This document shows, piece after piece, positions 9,530 through 18,815 of a stretch of 46,793 nt of DNA (the stretch's first letter is position 1; every line of letters begins with the position of its first letter). This DNA is from an uncultured Bacilli bacterium (GTDB taxonomy: Bacteria > Bacillota_I > Bacilli_A > RF39 > UBA660): the NCBI GenBank assembly GCA_947629465.1, contig CANRDZ010000001.1, positions 1 through 46,793 on the forward strand, read 5' to 3'. Both the position numbers and the translations under genes were made by a program. The notes beneath the pieces are model-generated. The model saw only the letters and a program-made list of their open reading frames with translations. It ran no database searches and was not told where the DNA came from.

Positions 9530-9560
9530 ATTTTTCCTCCTTCTAAATATATATATCGCT

Positions 9561-9617
9561 TAAAAAAAGCAATTTCCTTTTAAAAAATTAAATTTTTTAA
9601 GTAAAAAAAGCAATTTC
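9561..9617 (+). repeat. Two 16-bp direct repeats (taaaaaaagcaatttc) 41 bp apart in the divergent adhesin/clpC-like intergenic region
   Basis: Identical 16-mers at 9561..9576 and 9602..9617. Confidence 0.6.
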
Positions 9618-9696
9618 TTTGCGAATTTTATAGAGATTTTGCATATTTTTTTCCTAAAAAAAACATTATTAACATAGAATTGTAAGGGAGAATAAT

Positions 9697-11811
9697 ATGT
9701 TTAATAATTTTGGTATAGTAGGAGCAAATTTATTTAAAAAGGCCGAAGCTTTAAGATGTGAGTTACATCATCCTTATGTTGGAACTGAACATTTACTTTT
9801 AGCAATATTGGCAAATGATAAAGAAATGAGTCTTTATTTAAAAGAATATGGTCTTACTTTTGAACGATTTAAAAAAGAATTAATTTTAGTTGTTGGAAAT
9901 GGGACAAAGTCAAGTGATATAAATTTATATACGCCAATGCTTAAAAGAGTTATTAATACAGCTTTAGAAAATGCTAAAGAAAATAATAATGGAATTGTAA
10001 CTGCTAAACATTTAATTATTTCAATTTTAGAAGAAGGAGAAGGAATAGCTATTCGACTTTTAGTAAGTATGGGCATAGATATTGATGAAATATATGAAAA
10101 TTTAAATAAAAATAATAAATTAGTTAATAAAAAATTAGAGATTTATCAAACAGGAAATATATTAAATGATTTAGTCGATGATAATGAAACTGTGGTTGGT
10201 AGAGATAAAGAAATAAATTTAATAATTGAAACTCTTTTAAGAAAGAAAAAAAATAATCCTCTTTTAATTGGTGATGCAGGAGTTGGTAAAACAGCAATTA
10301 TTGAAGAATTAGTAAGAAGAATTAAAAGAAAAGAAGTACCAGAATTTTTATTTGATGCTAAAGTTGTTTCTTTAGAAATGGGTTCTTTAGTATCAGGGAC
10401 AAAATATCGAGGTGAATTTGAAGAAAAACTAACTAAAATAATAAAAGAACTTGAAACCGAAGATAAAATTATTTTATTTATAGATGAAATTCATGCGATG
10501 GTAAGTGCCGGAGGAGCAGAAGGGGCAATTACTGCTGGGGATATATTTAAACCAGCTTTAGCAAGAGGAAAAATTAAATGTATTGGGGCTACTACTTGTG
10601 AAGAATTTAATAAATTTTTTTCTGGTGATAAAGCTTTAATGAGAAGATTTGAAGTTATTAATATTAAAGAACCTAATAATTTAGAAACTAAAAATATTTT
10701 AGAAAAAGTTAAAGGTGAATATGAAAAACATCATAATGTTATAATTCCAGATAATATCCTTGATTTAATTATAAAATATACTGATCGATTTATAAAAAAT
10801 AAAAAGAATCCAGATAAAGCGATTGATTTTTTAGATTCAGTTTGTTCTAAAGTAAAAAATGAAAGTAATTATAATGAAGAAAAAAAGAAATTATATGAAA
10901 AAATTGAAGAATTAAAAATAAAGAAAAATGAATATGTAAAAAGTAATGATTATGATAATGCTTTAAATACATATAGTGAAGAATTATTAATTAGTAAAAA
11001 ATTAAAAGGTTATTTTAAAAATAAAAAATTAATTGTTAAAGAACAAGATGTAATTAAAGTTTTAGAAAATAAAACAGGAATGATTTTTACAAAAGATAAA
11101 TTAAATTTTTTAAATAATATAGAATTAGATATTAATAATATTTTATATAATTCAAGTAAATATATAAAAAGAATTAATAATTTAATTAAAGAAAATTTAA
11201 TTAATAAAAAAGGATTTTTAAAAATTTATTTAGAAGGTGGCATTGGTCTTGGAAAAAGTACAATAGCTAAAAAATATGGAACAAGTATTCCTAATGCTAA
11301 TTTTATTAGAATTGATTTAAAAGAGTATAAGACAATTTATGATATAAATAAACTTATTGGAACTACTCAAGGTTATATAGGATATAATGATGAACATTTA
11401 TTTACTAAATTAAAAAATAATAATTTTAATATTATATTATTTGATAATTATAGTGAAGCTCATGGAAATATTAAAGATTTAATAAAAGAAATATTAAAAG
11501 AAGGATATATTACTGATAATAAAGGGGAAAAAATATATTTTAATAATTCATTTATTTTTATTACAGATGATATAAGTTCAAATAAAAAAATTGGCTTTGC
11601 AAATAATAATTATGAAAATTATAATGAAATAGAAGATTTAGTTGATGGTGTAATAAAATTTGAAAGTTTAAATAAAGAAACATTAGTAAATTATTTAGAT
11701 AGTAAAAAAGTTTATAATAAAGATGAAATAATTGCTAACAGTAATTATGAAAAAGTAAATTATAAAAATTTAGATAAATTAATTAAAGAAAATAAATTAA
11801 TTAATAATTAA
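9697..11811 (+). CDS. ClpC-like AAA+ chaperone with a degenerate second nucleotide-binding module
   Basis: Clp_N repeats (HPYVGTEHLLLAIL; TAKHLIISILEEGEGIAIRLL). Canonical D1 (GDAGVGKTAI, ILFIDEIH, RRFE). D2 keeps GGIGLGKS, but Walker B reads ILFDNYSEAH and the C-terminal small domain is short (704 aa in total). Confidence 0.8.
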   Translation: MFNNFGIVGANLFKKAEALRCELHHPYVGTEHLLLAILANDKEMSLYLKEYGLTFERFKKELILVVGNGTKSSDINLYTPMLKRVINTALENAKENNNGIVTAKHLIISILEEGEGIAIRLLVSMGIDIDEIYENLNKNNKLVNKKLEIYQTGNILNDLVDDNETVVGRDKEINLIIETLLRKKKNNPLLIGDAGVGKTAIIEELVRRIKRKEVPEFLFDAKVVSLEMGSLVSGTKYRGEFEEKLTKIIKELETEDKIILFIDEIHAMVSAGGAEGAITAGDIFKPALARGKIKCIGATTCEEFNKFFSGDKALMRRFEVINIKEPNNLETKNILEKVKGEYEKHHNVIIPDNILDLIIKYTDRFIKNKKNPDKAIDFLDSVCSKVKNESNYNEEKKKLYEKIEELKIKKNEYVKSNDYDNALNTYSEELLISKKLKGYFKNKKLIVKEQDVIKVLENKTGMIFTKDKLNFLNNIELDINNILYNSSKYIKRINNLIKENLINKKGFLKIYLEGGIGLGKSTIAKKYGTSIPNANFIRIDLKEYKTIYDINKLIGTTQGYIGYNDEHLFTKLKNNNFNIILFDNYSEAHGNIKDLIKEILKEGYITDNKGEKIYFNNSFIFITDDISSNKKIGFANNNYENYNEIEDLVDGVIKFESLNKETLVNYLDSKKVYNKDEIIANSNYEKVNYKNLDKLIKENKLINN

Positions 11812-11824
11812 TTCAGTTTAAAGG

Positions 11825-11847
11825 AACTCTATATTAGAGTTTTTTTT
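11825..11847 (+). terminator. Terminator after the clpC-like gene
   Basis: aactct/agagtt stem followed by T7. Confidence 0.5.
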
Positions 11848-11864
11848 ATATGTATATGGATAAT

Positions 11865-11894
11865 AAAAAAGATTGATCTTTTTTAAAATCAATC
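11865..11894 (-). terminator. Terminator after the P-type ATPase gene
   Basis: gattgat/atcaatc stem. On the minus strand it is followed by a T-run (plus-strand A-run at 11865..11870). Confidence 0.5.
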
Positions 11895-11903
11895 CTTTAA
11901 ATA

Positions 11904-14465
11904 TTATATTTCTATTTTTATACCATTTCTTTTTATAATTAATTTTCTTATAAAATCAATAGGAATTACACTAAATGCTATAATAATTACAAATATTAAT
12001 TCAAATAAAGTCATACCATAGGTTCTAAATAATTCATGGCCATTATATATTAAAAATATTTGGGCTATTGTTATAAAAGAAAATATTATTATAAATACTT
12101 TATTTTTAAATATATTAGATAAAATATTTAATCTTTCAGTACGAGCATTAAAAGCATTAAAGATACCAATAAAAATAAATAATGCAAAATAAGAAGTCAT
12201 AAAGTGTTTATAATCACTTCTTATAAACTCTTTTATAATTGGTAGTTTTAAAAATAATATACAAATTAAAGCAGAATATATTGAATTAATTATTATTTGG
12301 GAATACATATATTTATTAATAATAGGTTCATCTTTCTTCTTTGGTAATTGAGCCATATAATATTTTAAAGGTGCTTCATAAGAAAAGGCTAGTCCTGAAA
12401 AAGTATCCATAATCATATTCAACCATAACATTTGAATAATAGTAATAGGAGTACTTACACCAATATAAGAACCAATGATTGATAAAAATAGAGCAGTCAT
12501 ATTAACTGTTAATTGATAAGTAACAAATCTTCTAATGCTTTTAAAGATGGTTCTACCATATAAAATAGCTTTACTTATTGATAAAATATTATTATCTAAT
12601 ATTACTATATCACTAGCTTCTTTGGCTACTTCTGTTCCACTTCCCATTGCAAATCCTACATTTGCTTTTTTTAAAGCTGGAGCATCATTTACTCCATCAC
12701 CAGTCATTCCAACAACATAATTCATACTCTCTAATATTGAAACTAATCGACTTTTATCTTTTGGGTAAGCTCGAGCAACAACTTTTAACCTGTGAATCAC
12801 TTTTTTAATATCTTCTTCATCCATTTTATTTAATTCATCGCTTGTTAAGATTAAATCTTTATCATTATCAATGATCCCACAATCTTTTGCTATATTTTTA
12901 GCTGTATCTTTAGCATCACCAGTAATCATTATAATATTAATACCAGCTTTTTTAATTAAATCTATTCCTTCTTTAGCTTCTTTTCTTAATTCATCTTTCA
13001 ATGTTATAAATCCTAAAAAAGTTAAATTATTATTTAAATTATTGCCTTTTGCAAGTGTTATTACTCGAAAGCCTTTTTTAGTATATTTATCTATTTCTCT
13101 AAAAATTAATTTATTATTTAAGATTATTTTTTCTTCACCTAAAGTATTTAAATATTTGCTACATTTTGGAATTATTACTTCACTTGCACCTTTTAAATAA
13201 ATTGTATCATTTAAATAAATTGCACTATATTTAATTTCACTATCAAAAGGTATTCTTTTAGTTATAGTTTTATTTTCTTTTTTAGGTTTTAAAAATTGAA
13301 TTAATGCTTTATCTGTTGAATTTCCCCCAATGACATTACCTTTACTTATAATACTTTCATTATTCATTATAATAGCATCATATATTGTCTCAAATATTTT
13401 AGTTCTTTTTAATTCTTCTTCTTTTTTATAGGTTTTTAAATCACCTGAAATATAATTGGTAACTTCTAAAATACCTTTGGTTAATGTTCCTGTTTTATCT
13501 GTAAGTAAGTAATTAATATTACCACTTGTTTCAATTCCTGTTGGTTTTCTTACTAATACATTATCTTTAAGCATTCTTTTCATATTGGATGATAATACTA
13601 AAGTAATCATCATAGGTAGACCTTCGGGAACGGCAACTATAATTATAGTTACAGATAAAGTTAAAGCGTAAATTAAATAATTTAATATAATTTTTGGAGT
13701 AGAAATAGTTGCTATAATTAAATCTAAATTAAAATTATTGGCTATAACAATTTTATTAAAAAGATATGAAAGTGAAACAACAAAAGCCCCAATATAACCA
13801 ATTTTACTAATTATTTTAGCCAAACCATATAATCTTAATTTAAGAGTAGAAGGAGGATCATCTTGTTGAATTTCAAGGGATATTTTACCATATTCAGTAT
13901 TATTTCCAACTGCTTTAACTATCATCTTTCCATTACCATTAGTAACAACGGATCCTCGATATAATTTACTATTATTAATTTTTTTTATATCTTTTGATTC
14001 CCCAGTAAGAGCAGATTCATTACATGATATTGATCCGTTAATTAAAATTCCATCGGCTGGAATGCTATCTCCAGAGGAAATATTTACGATATCACCAACA
14101 ACTATTTCATTTATTTCAACTTCAACTAAAGTATTATTTCTTAATACTTTAACTTTAATTTTACTAGCTTCATCTTGTAATCTTTTAAATGCTTCTTCAC
14201 TACCATATTCTGAAAGAGTAGAAATCATGGATGCAAGCATAACGGCAACTGCTATACCAATTGTTTCATACCAGTCATATTTAGAAAAGATGAAAAGAAC
14301 TTTAATACATAAGGCTATAAGAAGAATTTTAATGATTGGATCTCCTAATGAACTAATTAATATTTTAAAAAATGTTTTTTTCTTTACTTTAGTTAATTCA
14401 TTATTACCATATTTTTTACGACTATCTAATACTTCTTCATCATTAAGACCATTATAATTTATCAT
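11904..14465 (-). CDS. Calcium-translocating P-type ATPase (type II, PMCA/SERCA-like)
   Basis: DKTGTLT phosphorylation site, TGES, VAVPEGLP in TM4, MTGDGVNDAPALKKANVGFAMG hinge. 853 aa with about 10 TM helices. Confidence 0.85.
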   Translation of the reverse strand: MINYNGLNDEEVLDSRKKYGNNELTKVKKKTFFKILISSLGDPIIKILLIALCIKVLFIFSKYDWYETIGIAVAVMLASMISTLSEYGSEEAFKRLQDEASKIKVKVLRNNTLVEVEINEIVVGDIVNISSGDSIPADGILINGSISCNESALTGESKDIKKINNSKLYRGSVVTNGNGKMIVKAVGNNTEYGKISLEIQQDDPPSTLKLRLYGLAKIISKIGYIGAFVVSLSYLFNKIVIANNFNLDLIIATISTPKIILNYLIYALTLSVTIIIVAVPEGLPMMITLVLSSNMKRMLKDNVLVRKPTGIETSGNINYLLTDKTGTLTKGILEVTNYISGDLKTYKKEEELKRTKIFETIYDAIIMNNESIISKGNVIGGNSTDKALIQFLKPKKENKTITKRIPFDSEIKYSAIYLNDTIYLKGASEVIIPKCSKYLNTLGEEKIILNNKLIFREIDKYTKKGFRVITLAKGNNLNNNLTFLGFITLKDELRKEAKEGIDLIKKAGINIIMITGDAKDTAKNIAKDCGIIDNDKDLILTSDELNKMDEEDIKKVIHRLKVVARAYPKDKSRLVSILESMNYVVGMTGDGVNDAPALKKANVGFAMGSGTEVAKEASDIVILDNNILSISKAILYGRTIFKSIRRFVTYQLTVNMTALFLSIIGSYIGVSTPITIIQMLWLNMIMDTFSGLAFSYEAPLKYYMAQLPKKKDEPIINKYMYSQIIINSIYSALICILFLKLPIIKEFIRSDYKHFMTSYFALFIFIGIFNAFNARTERLNILSNIFKNKVFIIIFSFITIAQIFLIYNGHELFRTYGMTLFELIFVIIIAFSVIPIDFIRKLIIKRNGIKIEI

Positions 14466-14595
14466 TATTTATTAGCTCACCCATTTAAATATATGGAAAA
14501 AAGCATAAAATAAGACCATATAATATATGTTAAATTTTAAAATATGTTCCTATAATTTATTCATTAAATAAAAAAGAAAGTTTAAATAAATTTAT

Positions 14596-15108
14596 TTAAT
14601 TACTTTCTTCAATAAAATTTTTGGATTTATGTGGTTCATCAAATAATAGATTAGGATAATTTTGTTGACGTAAGGCTTCATATAAAACAATAGCAACAGT
14701 ATTAGATAAATTTAAGGCTCTTACATCACTAGTCATTGGTATTCTTAAACATCTATCAATATATGGTTTTAAGATTTTAGGAGGTATACCCGTTGATTCT
14801 TTTCCAAAGAAAAAATAAATGTTTTTTGAAGTGTCACTATAATCAAAAGTAGTATGAGGTTTATGACCATAACGAGTTAAAAAATAATATTCACCTTTAT
14901 TTTTTTGAAAGAATTCATCGATATTTTCATAAACAGTATATTTACATTTATCAATATAATTAACGCCACTTCGTCTTACATATTTATCATCTAAACTAAA
15001 ACCTAATGGTTTAATTAAATGAAGATGAGTATTAGTAGCAATACAAGTGCGCATAATATTGCCAGTATTAGTAGGAATTTCTGGCTCAAATAATACGACA
15101 TTTAACAT
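14596..15108 (-). CDS. trmL: tRNA (cytidine/uridine-2'-O-)-methyltransferase TrmL (SpoU family)
   Basis: MLNVVLFEPEIPTNTGNIMRTC N-terminus, LNLSNTVAIVLYEALRQ C-terminal knot motif. Start moved to the ATG at 15108 (family-typical N-terminus). Confidence 0.8.
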   Translation of the reverse strand: MLNVVLFEPEIPTNTGNIMRTCIATNTHLHLIKPLGFSLDDKYVRRSGVNYIDKCKYTVYENIDEFFQKNKGEYYFLTRYGHKPHTTFDYSDTSKNIYFFFGKESTGIPPKILKPYIDRCLRIPMTSDVRALNLSNTVAIVLYEALRQQNYPNLLFDEPHKSKNFIEESN

Positions 15109-15194
15109 TTTTAATTCACCAAAAAATATTATATAAAATATAGAATTAATTGTCAAAAAAAGAGTTTTAGTTTATAATGATAATGGTGATAGTA

Positions 15195-17465
15195 ATGGCA
15201 AAAAGGAAAAAATCGAAAGAAACAAGTAATATAGGAATGAGTACTGAACTTACTGGCCTTTTTTTAGCCATTATAGGAATTATTGGCTTTGGCTTTGGAC
15301 ATGTTGGCACAATTATAAAAGAATTTGCTATGTTTTTATTTGGCTCTTGGTGGTTAATTTTTGTTATTTATTTATTAGTCACTGGTTTATATATGCTGTT
15401 TAAAAGAAAAATGCCTAAATTTTTTTCTTCTAAATTAATAGGCCTTTATTTAATTATTTTAGTAGTATTAGTTGCTAGCCATTTTACATTTTTAAATAAA
15501 ATTGGGACTCCAGGGGGAATAATTTCGGAAACTGTAAATCGGTATATGGATCGGATTGGAACTATTGATTTGACTGATTCAATTTTAAACACAGGTGATA
15601 CTACATTAGCAATTGGGGGAGGCATTGTTGGAGCAGTTTTTATTAGTGCCTTGTATTTTTTATTCGCTAGAGTAGGAACAATAATAGTTTTAGTTGTAAT
15701 GGCTATTTTTGGAATAATTATGTTATTTAATATTACATTATCAGATTTAATTGATGGTTTTAAAAAATTTGTAAATAAAAATAAAAAAGATAGTGAAGAT
15801 GATGATGATGTAGAAGAATTACCTAATTTAGCAGAAATAAGTGAAACGGTAAGTAATAATAACTTAAATGATTTAAAAGAAAAAGAAGAAATAAAAGAAA
15901 ATGTTGTAGTTAGAAGTTTAGATGAAGTTAAGAATAAAAGTGAAGATATAAAGGAAATTGTTAACATTGAACCTGAAGTTATACCTGAAGTGGAAGATGA
16001 ACCAATTTTATCAGAAAAGTATTCATCTTATAAACTTCCTTCATTAAATTTATTAAATGAAGTTAAAAAAGATAAAAAAACTGGTCTTGATGCTTATACA
16101 TTAAATAATAAAGATGTTTTAGAAAAAGTATTAAAAGATTTTCAAATTACAGCAAAAGTAGTTGATATTCATGTGGGACCGGCAGTTACTCAATATGAAA
16201 TAGTTGTTCCAGCTGGGACAAAGGTTAGTAGAATATTGTCAATTAATAAAGAAATAGCTTTAGCTTTGGCTGCTAAAGATGTTCGTATAGAAGCTCCAAT
16301 ACCTGGTAAGAGTACAATTGGTATTGAAATACCTAATCAAAATATAAGTGCTGTCTCATTTAGAGAAATTTTAGAAGCTAATTATGCTTTAAAAGATAAG
16401 TATGACATTATGATTACTTTAGGTAAGAATTTAATGGGTAAACCAATAGTTGCCGATATGGCTAAAATGCCTCATTTATTGGTAGCTGGTTCCACTGGTA
16501 GTGGTAAATCTGTATGTATAAATTCTATTATTTGTTCAATTTTAATGAATTATAATCCAAGTGATGTAAAACTTATTATGGTTGATCCTAAAAAAGTTGA
16601 ACTTACAAATTATAATGGTACACCTCATTTATTATGTCCTGTTGTAAATGATCCTAAAAAAGCTTCTATAATGCTTCAAAATGTAGTTAGAGAAATGGAA
16701 AAAAGATATGATATATTTGCCGAAGCTGGAGTAAAAAAGATAAGTGAATATAATAATTATATAGAAAAAGAGAATAGAAAAAATCCGGATAGTCCACTTC
16801 CTAAAATGCCTTATATGGTTGTAATTATAGATGAACTTGCTGATTTAATGTTAGTTGCAAGTAAAGAAGTTGAAGATTCTATAATGAGAATTACTCAAAT
16901 GGCAAGAGCAGCAGGTATTCATTTAATTGTTGCAACTCAAAGACCATCTACAGATGTTATTACTGGGGTTGTAAAAGCTAATATTCCATCCCGAATTTGC
17001 TTTGCTGTTGCAAGTAGTATTGATTCTAGAACGGCTCTTGACATGACTGGTGCTGAAAAACTTCTTGGTAAAGGAGATATGTTATATTTGCCAATGGGTG
17101 AAAACACTCCAGAGCGTATTCAAGGTTGCTATATTTCTGATGATGAGATTAATCGCTTAATAAATTATTGTTCTAAACAATTAAAGGCGAGTTATGAAGA
17201 AGGCATGACTTTAACTCAAGCTCAATCTAATACATCAAGTGGTAGTGGAAACGGTGATGATGATTATGATGATCCTATGTATAATGAAATAGTAGAATTT
17301 GCAATGCAAACTGGTAAAATTAGTGCTTCTTTAATTCAAAGAAAGTTTAGGTTTGGTTTTAATCGAGCAGCTAGAATGATTGATTTATTAGAGGCAAGAG
17401 GTATTGTTGGTCCTCAAAACGGTAGTAAACCTAGAGAAGTTTTAAAAAAGGATGAAGAAGAATAA
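15195..17465 (+). CDS. ftsK: DNA translocase FtsK/SpoIIIE
   Basis: N-terminal TM helices, acidic linker, motor domain (LLVAGSTGSGKSV, VVIIDELADL, ATQRPS), gamma winged helix (LIQRKFRFGFNRAARMIDLLEARGIVG). Alternative start at 15177. Confidence 0.9.
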   Translation: MAKRKKSKETSNIGMSTELTGLFLAIIGIIGFGFGHVGTIIKEFAMFLFGSWWLIFVIYLLVTGLYMLFKRKMPKFFSSKLIGLYLIILVVLVASHFTFLNKIGTPGGIISETVNRYMDRIGTIDLTDSILNTGDTTLAIGGGIVGAVFISALYFLFARVGTIIVLVVMAIFGIIMLFNITLSDLIDGFKKFVNKNKKDSEDDDDVEELPNLAEISETVSNNNLNDLKEKEEIKENVVVRSLDEVKNKSEDIKEIVNIEPEVIPEVEDEPILSEKYSSYKLPSLNLLNEVKKDKKTGLDAYTLNNKDVLEKVLKDFQITAKVVDIHVGPAVTQYEIVVPAGTKVSRILSINKEIALALAAKDVRIEAPIPGKSTIGIEIPNQNISAVSFREILEANYALKDKYDIMITLGKNLMGKPIVADMAKMPHLLVAGSTGSGKSVCINSIICSILMNYNPSDVKLIMVDPKKVELTNYNGTPHLLCPVVNDPKKASIMLQNVVREMEKRYDIFAEAGVKKISEYNNYIEKENRKNPDSPLPKMPYMVVIIDELADLMLVASKEVEDSIMRITQMARAAGIHLIVATQRPSTDVITGVVKANIPSRICFAVASSIDSRTALDMTGAEKLLGKGDMLYLPMGENTPERIQGCYISDDEINRLINYCSKQLKASYEEGMTLTQAQSNTSSGSGNGDDDYDDPMYNEIVEFAMQTGKISASLIQRKFRFGFNRAARMIDLLEARGIVGPQNGSKPREVLKKDEEE

Positions 17466-17559
17466 AAATGAAATATTTTCTTTGACATAATTATATATTT
17501 ATAGTAGAAATAAGTTTACAAGAAATTTTATAATATGATAAAATATTATTTGAAAGGAT

Positions 17560-18171
17560 ATGGTACTAATGAGTTTAAAAAAAACAGTTACTGCAAAAAA
17601 GGAAACTAAAGGTAGCAAAAATAAAAAAGTAGTGAAAGTTAGTGCAGAAAAGTATGTAGATCCTAAAAATTATTTGTATTCTATATTAATTTTAGTTGGA
17701 GGAATAATTTTAACTTTATTAATTTTTAAATGGTATAATGTTAAAAAAGATGAAAAATTAATGGTTAGTTATTTAATATCAAGTAATACAATAAAATCTA
17801 GTATTGATAATATAAATTCTTTAGATTTAATTAAACAAGAAGCTCCATCATCATATTTTATTTATTTATCCTATACTAATGATGAAGAAGTTTATAAATT
17901 TGAAAAAAGTTTAAAAAATTTAATTGATAAGTATAAATTAAATGATATATTTTATTATGTTGATTTAACTAAATATATAAAAAATAATGAAGATTATTTA
18001 AAACAAATAAAAGAAAATTTGAAAATTAGTAATTTAGATAATTTACCTGCTATTATATATATTGTTGATGGTGAAGTTGAAGCAATATTAGATGGAGTTA
18101 AAAAGACAAAATTAAAAGTAGCAGATTTTGAAGAATTATTAGATATTTATGAATTTGAAGCTATAAAATAG
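17560..18171 (+). CDS. Membrane-anchored thioredoxin-fold-like protein lacking the CxxC (redox-dead paralog of 2723..3397)
   Basis: One TM. FIYLSYTNDEEVYKF occupies the position of YFGFNSCFQCRLL, and LPAIIYIVDGEV matches APTLLAIKNGEV in the CxxC paralog. Confidence 0.4.
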   Translation: MVLMSLKKTVTAKKETKGSKNKKVVKVSAEKYVDPKNYLYSILILVGGIILTLLIFKWYNVKKDEKLMVSYLISSNTIKSSIDNINSLDLIKQEAPSSYFIYLSYTNDEEVYKFEKSLKNLIDKYKLNDIFYYVDLTKYIKNNEDYLKQIKENLKISNLDNLPAIIYIVDGEVEAILDGVKKTKLKVADFEELLDIYEFEAIK

Positions 18172-18201
18172 GCAAAAGCATATAAGACATTTAAATTATC
18201 T

Positions 18202-18209
18202 CATACATT
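18202..18209 (+). promoter_or_regulatory. Mother-cell sigma (sigma-E/sigma-K type) -10-like element CATACATT upstream of the cotJ operon
   Basis: catacatt lies 23 nt upstream of the cotJ start, after a gcatata element at 18178..18184. B. subtilis cotJ is sigma-E dependent. In AT-rich DNA this match is weak evidence. Confidence 0.3.
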
Positions 18210-18231
18210 AATGTAGGAGGTAATTTTTTTT

Positions 18232-18705
18232 ATGCTATTTGATAATAACGATTTGGATTTTGCTCTTTTTAATTTATCTACCCCAAAAAGTATGCCAATG
18301 AATATGTCTATGAATATGACAAATATGTTTGATAAAAGTAATTTAAACATTTTATCAGCTAAAGAAGGATTTTTAAGAGGAAACATGTTTAAAGATGAAT
18401 ATAAACCATATAAAAATTTAACTTATATTGATATTAAACCTAGAAATGATAGAGAAGCAAAATTATTTAATGTAATGCAATATTCATTTGCAATAAATGA
18501 TATGAATTTATATTTAGATTTACATCCTGATGATATGGAAGCTATGGCATTATTTGAAGAATTTGTAAAAGAAGCTAAAGAAGCTAAAAAAGAATATATG
18601 GAACAATATGGACCATTAACTGTAACTAAAACTAAAGGTAATAAATTTAATTGGATAGATAATCCATGGCCTTGGGATGATTTAGGAGGTAATATATATG
18701 TTTAA
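18232..18705 (+). CDS. cotJB: Spore coat-associated protein CotJB with an N-terminal CotJA-like extension
   Basis: FAINDMNLYLDLHPDDMEAMALF and C-terminal NPWPWD are CotJB hallmarks. The N-terminal AKEGFLRGNMFKDEYKPY resembles the CotJA AL.KGT.W.DLY..Y motif. The stop overlaps the cotJC start (ATGTTTAA). Confidence 0.7.
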   Translation: MLFDNNDLDFALFNLSTPKSMPMNMSMNMTNMFDKSNLNILSAKEGFLRGNMFKDEYKPYKNLTYIDIKPRNDREAKLFNVMQYSFAINDMNLYLDLHPDDMEAMALFEEFVKEAKEAKKEYMEQYGPLTVTKTKGNKFNWIDNPWPWDDLGGNIYV

Positions 18706-18795
18706 ATATGTAAAACACACTAATTATCCAATAAATATATCTAAAAAAGATTTAAGAATGGCAAAATATTTGATCACTCAATTTGGTGGTGCTAA
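18698..18795 (+). CDS. cotJC: cotJC 5' segment (codons 1-32 plus two bases of codon 33), interrupted by the intervening element
   Basis: MFKYVKHTNYPINISKKDLRMAKYLITQFGGA matches the CotJC N-terminus (B. subtilis ...AKYLIEQYGGADGELAAALRY...). As it stands the frame runs into element DNA and stops at 18839..18841. Confidence 0.85.
18782..18795 (+). repeat. attL core: 14-bp direct repeat tttggtggtgctaa
   Basis: Identical 14-mer at 22983..22996. Both copies encode F-G-G-A of CotJC in frame. Confidence 0.85.
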
Positions 18796-18796
18796 A

Positions 18797-18808
18797 TGTA
18801 AAAGCGAT
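18797..18808 (+). repeat. Left element arm tgtaaaagcgat (inverted repeat of 22970..22981)
   Basis: Perfect 12-bp reverse complement of atcgcttttaca at 22970..22981. Each arm lies 1 nt from the core. Confidence 0.8.
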
Positions 18809-18815
18809 GTTTTTT

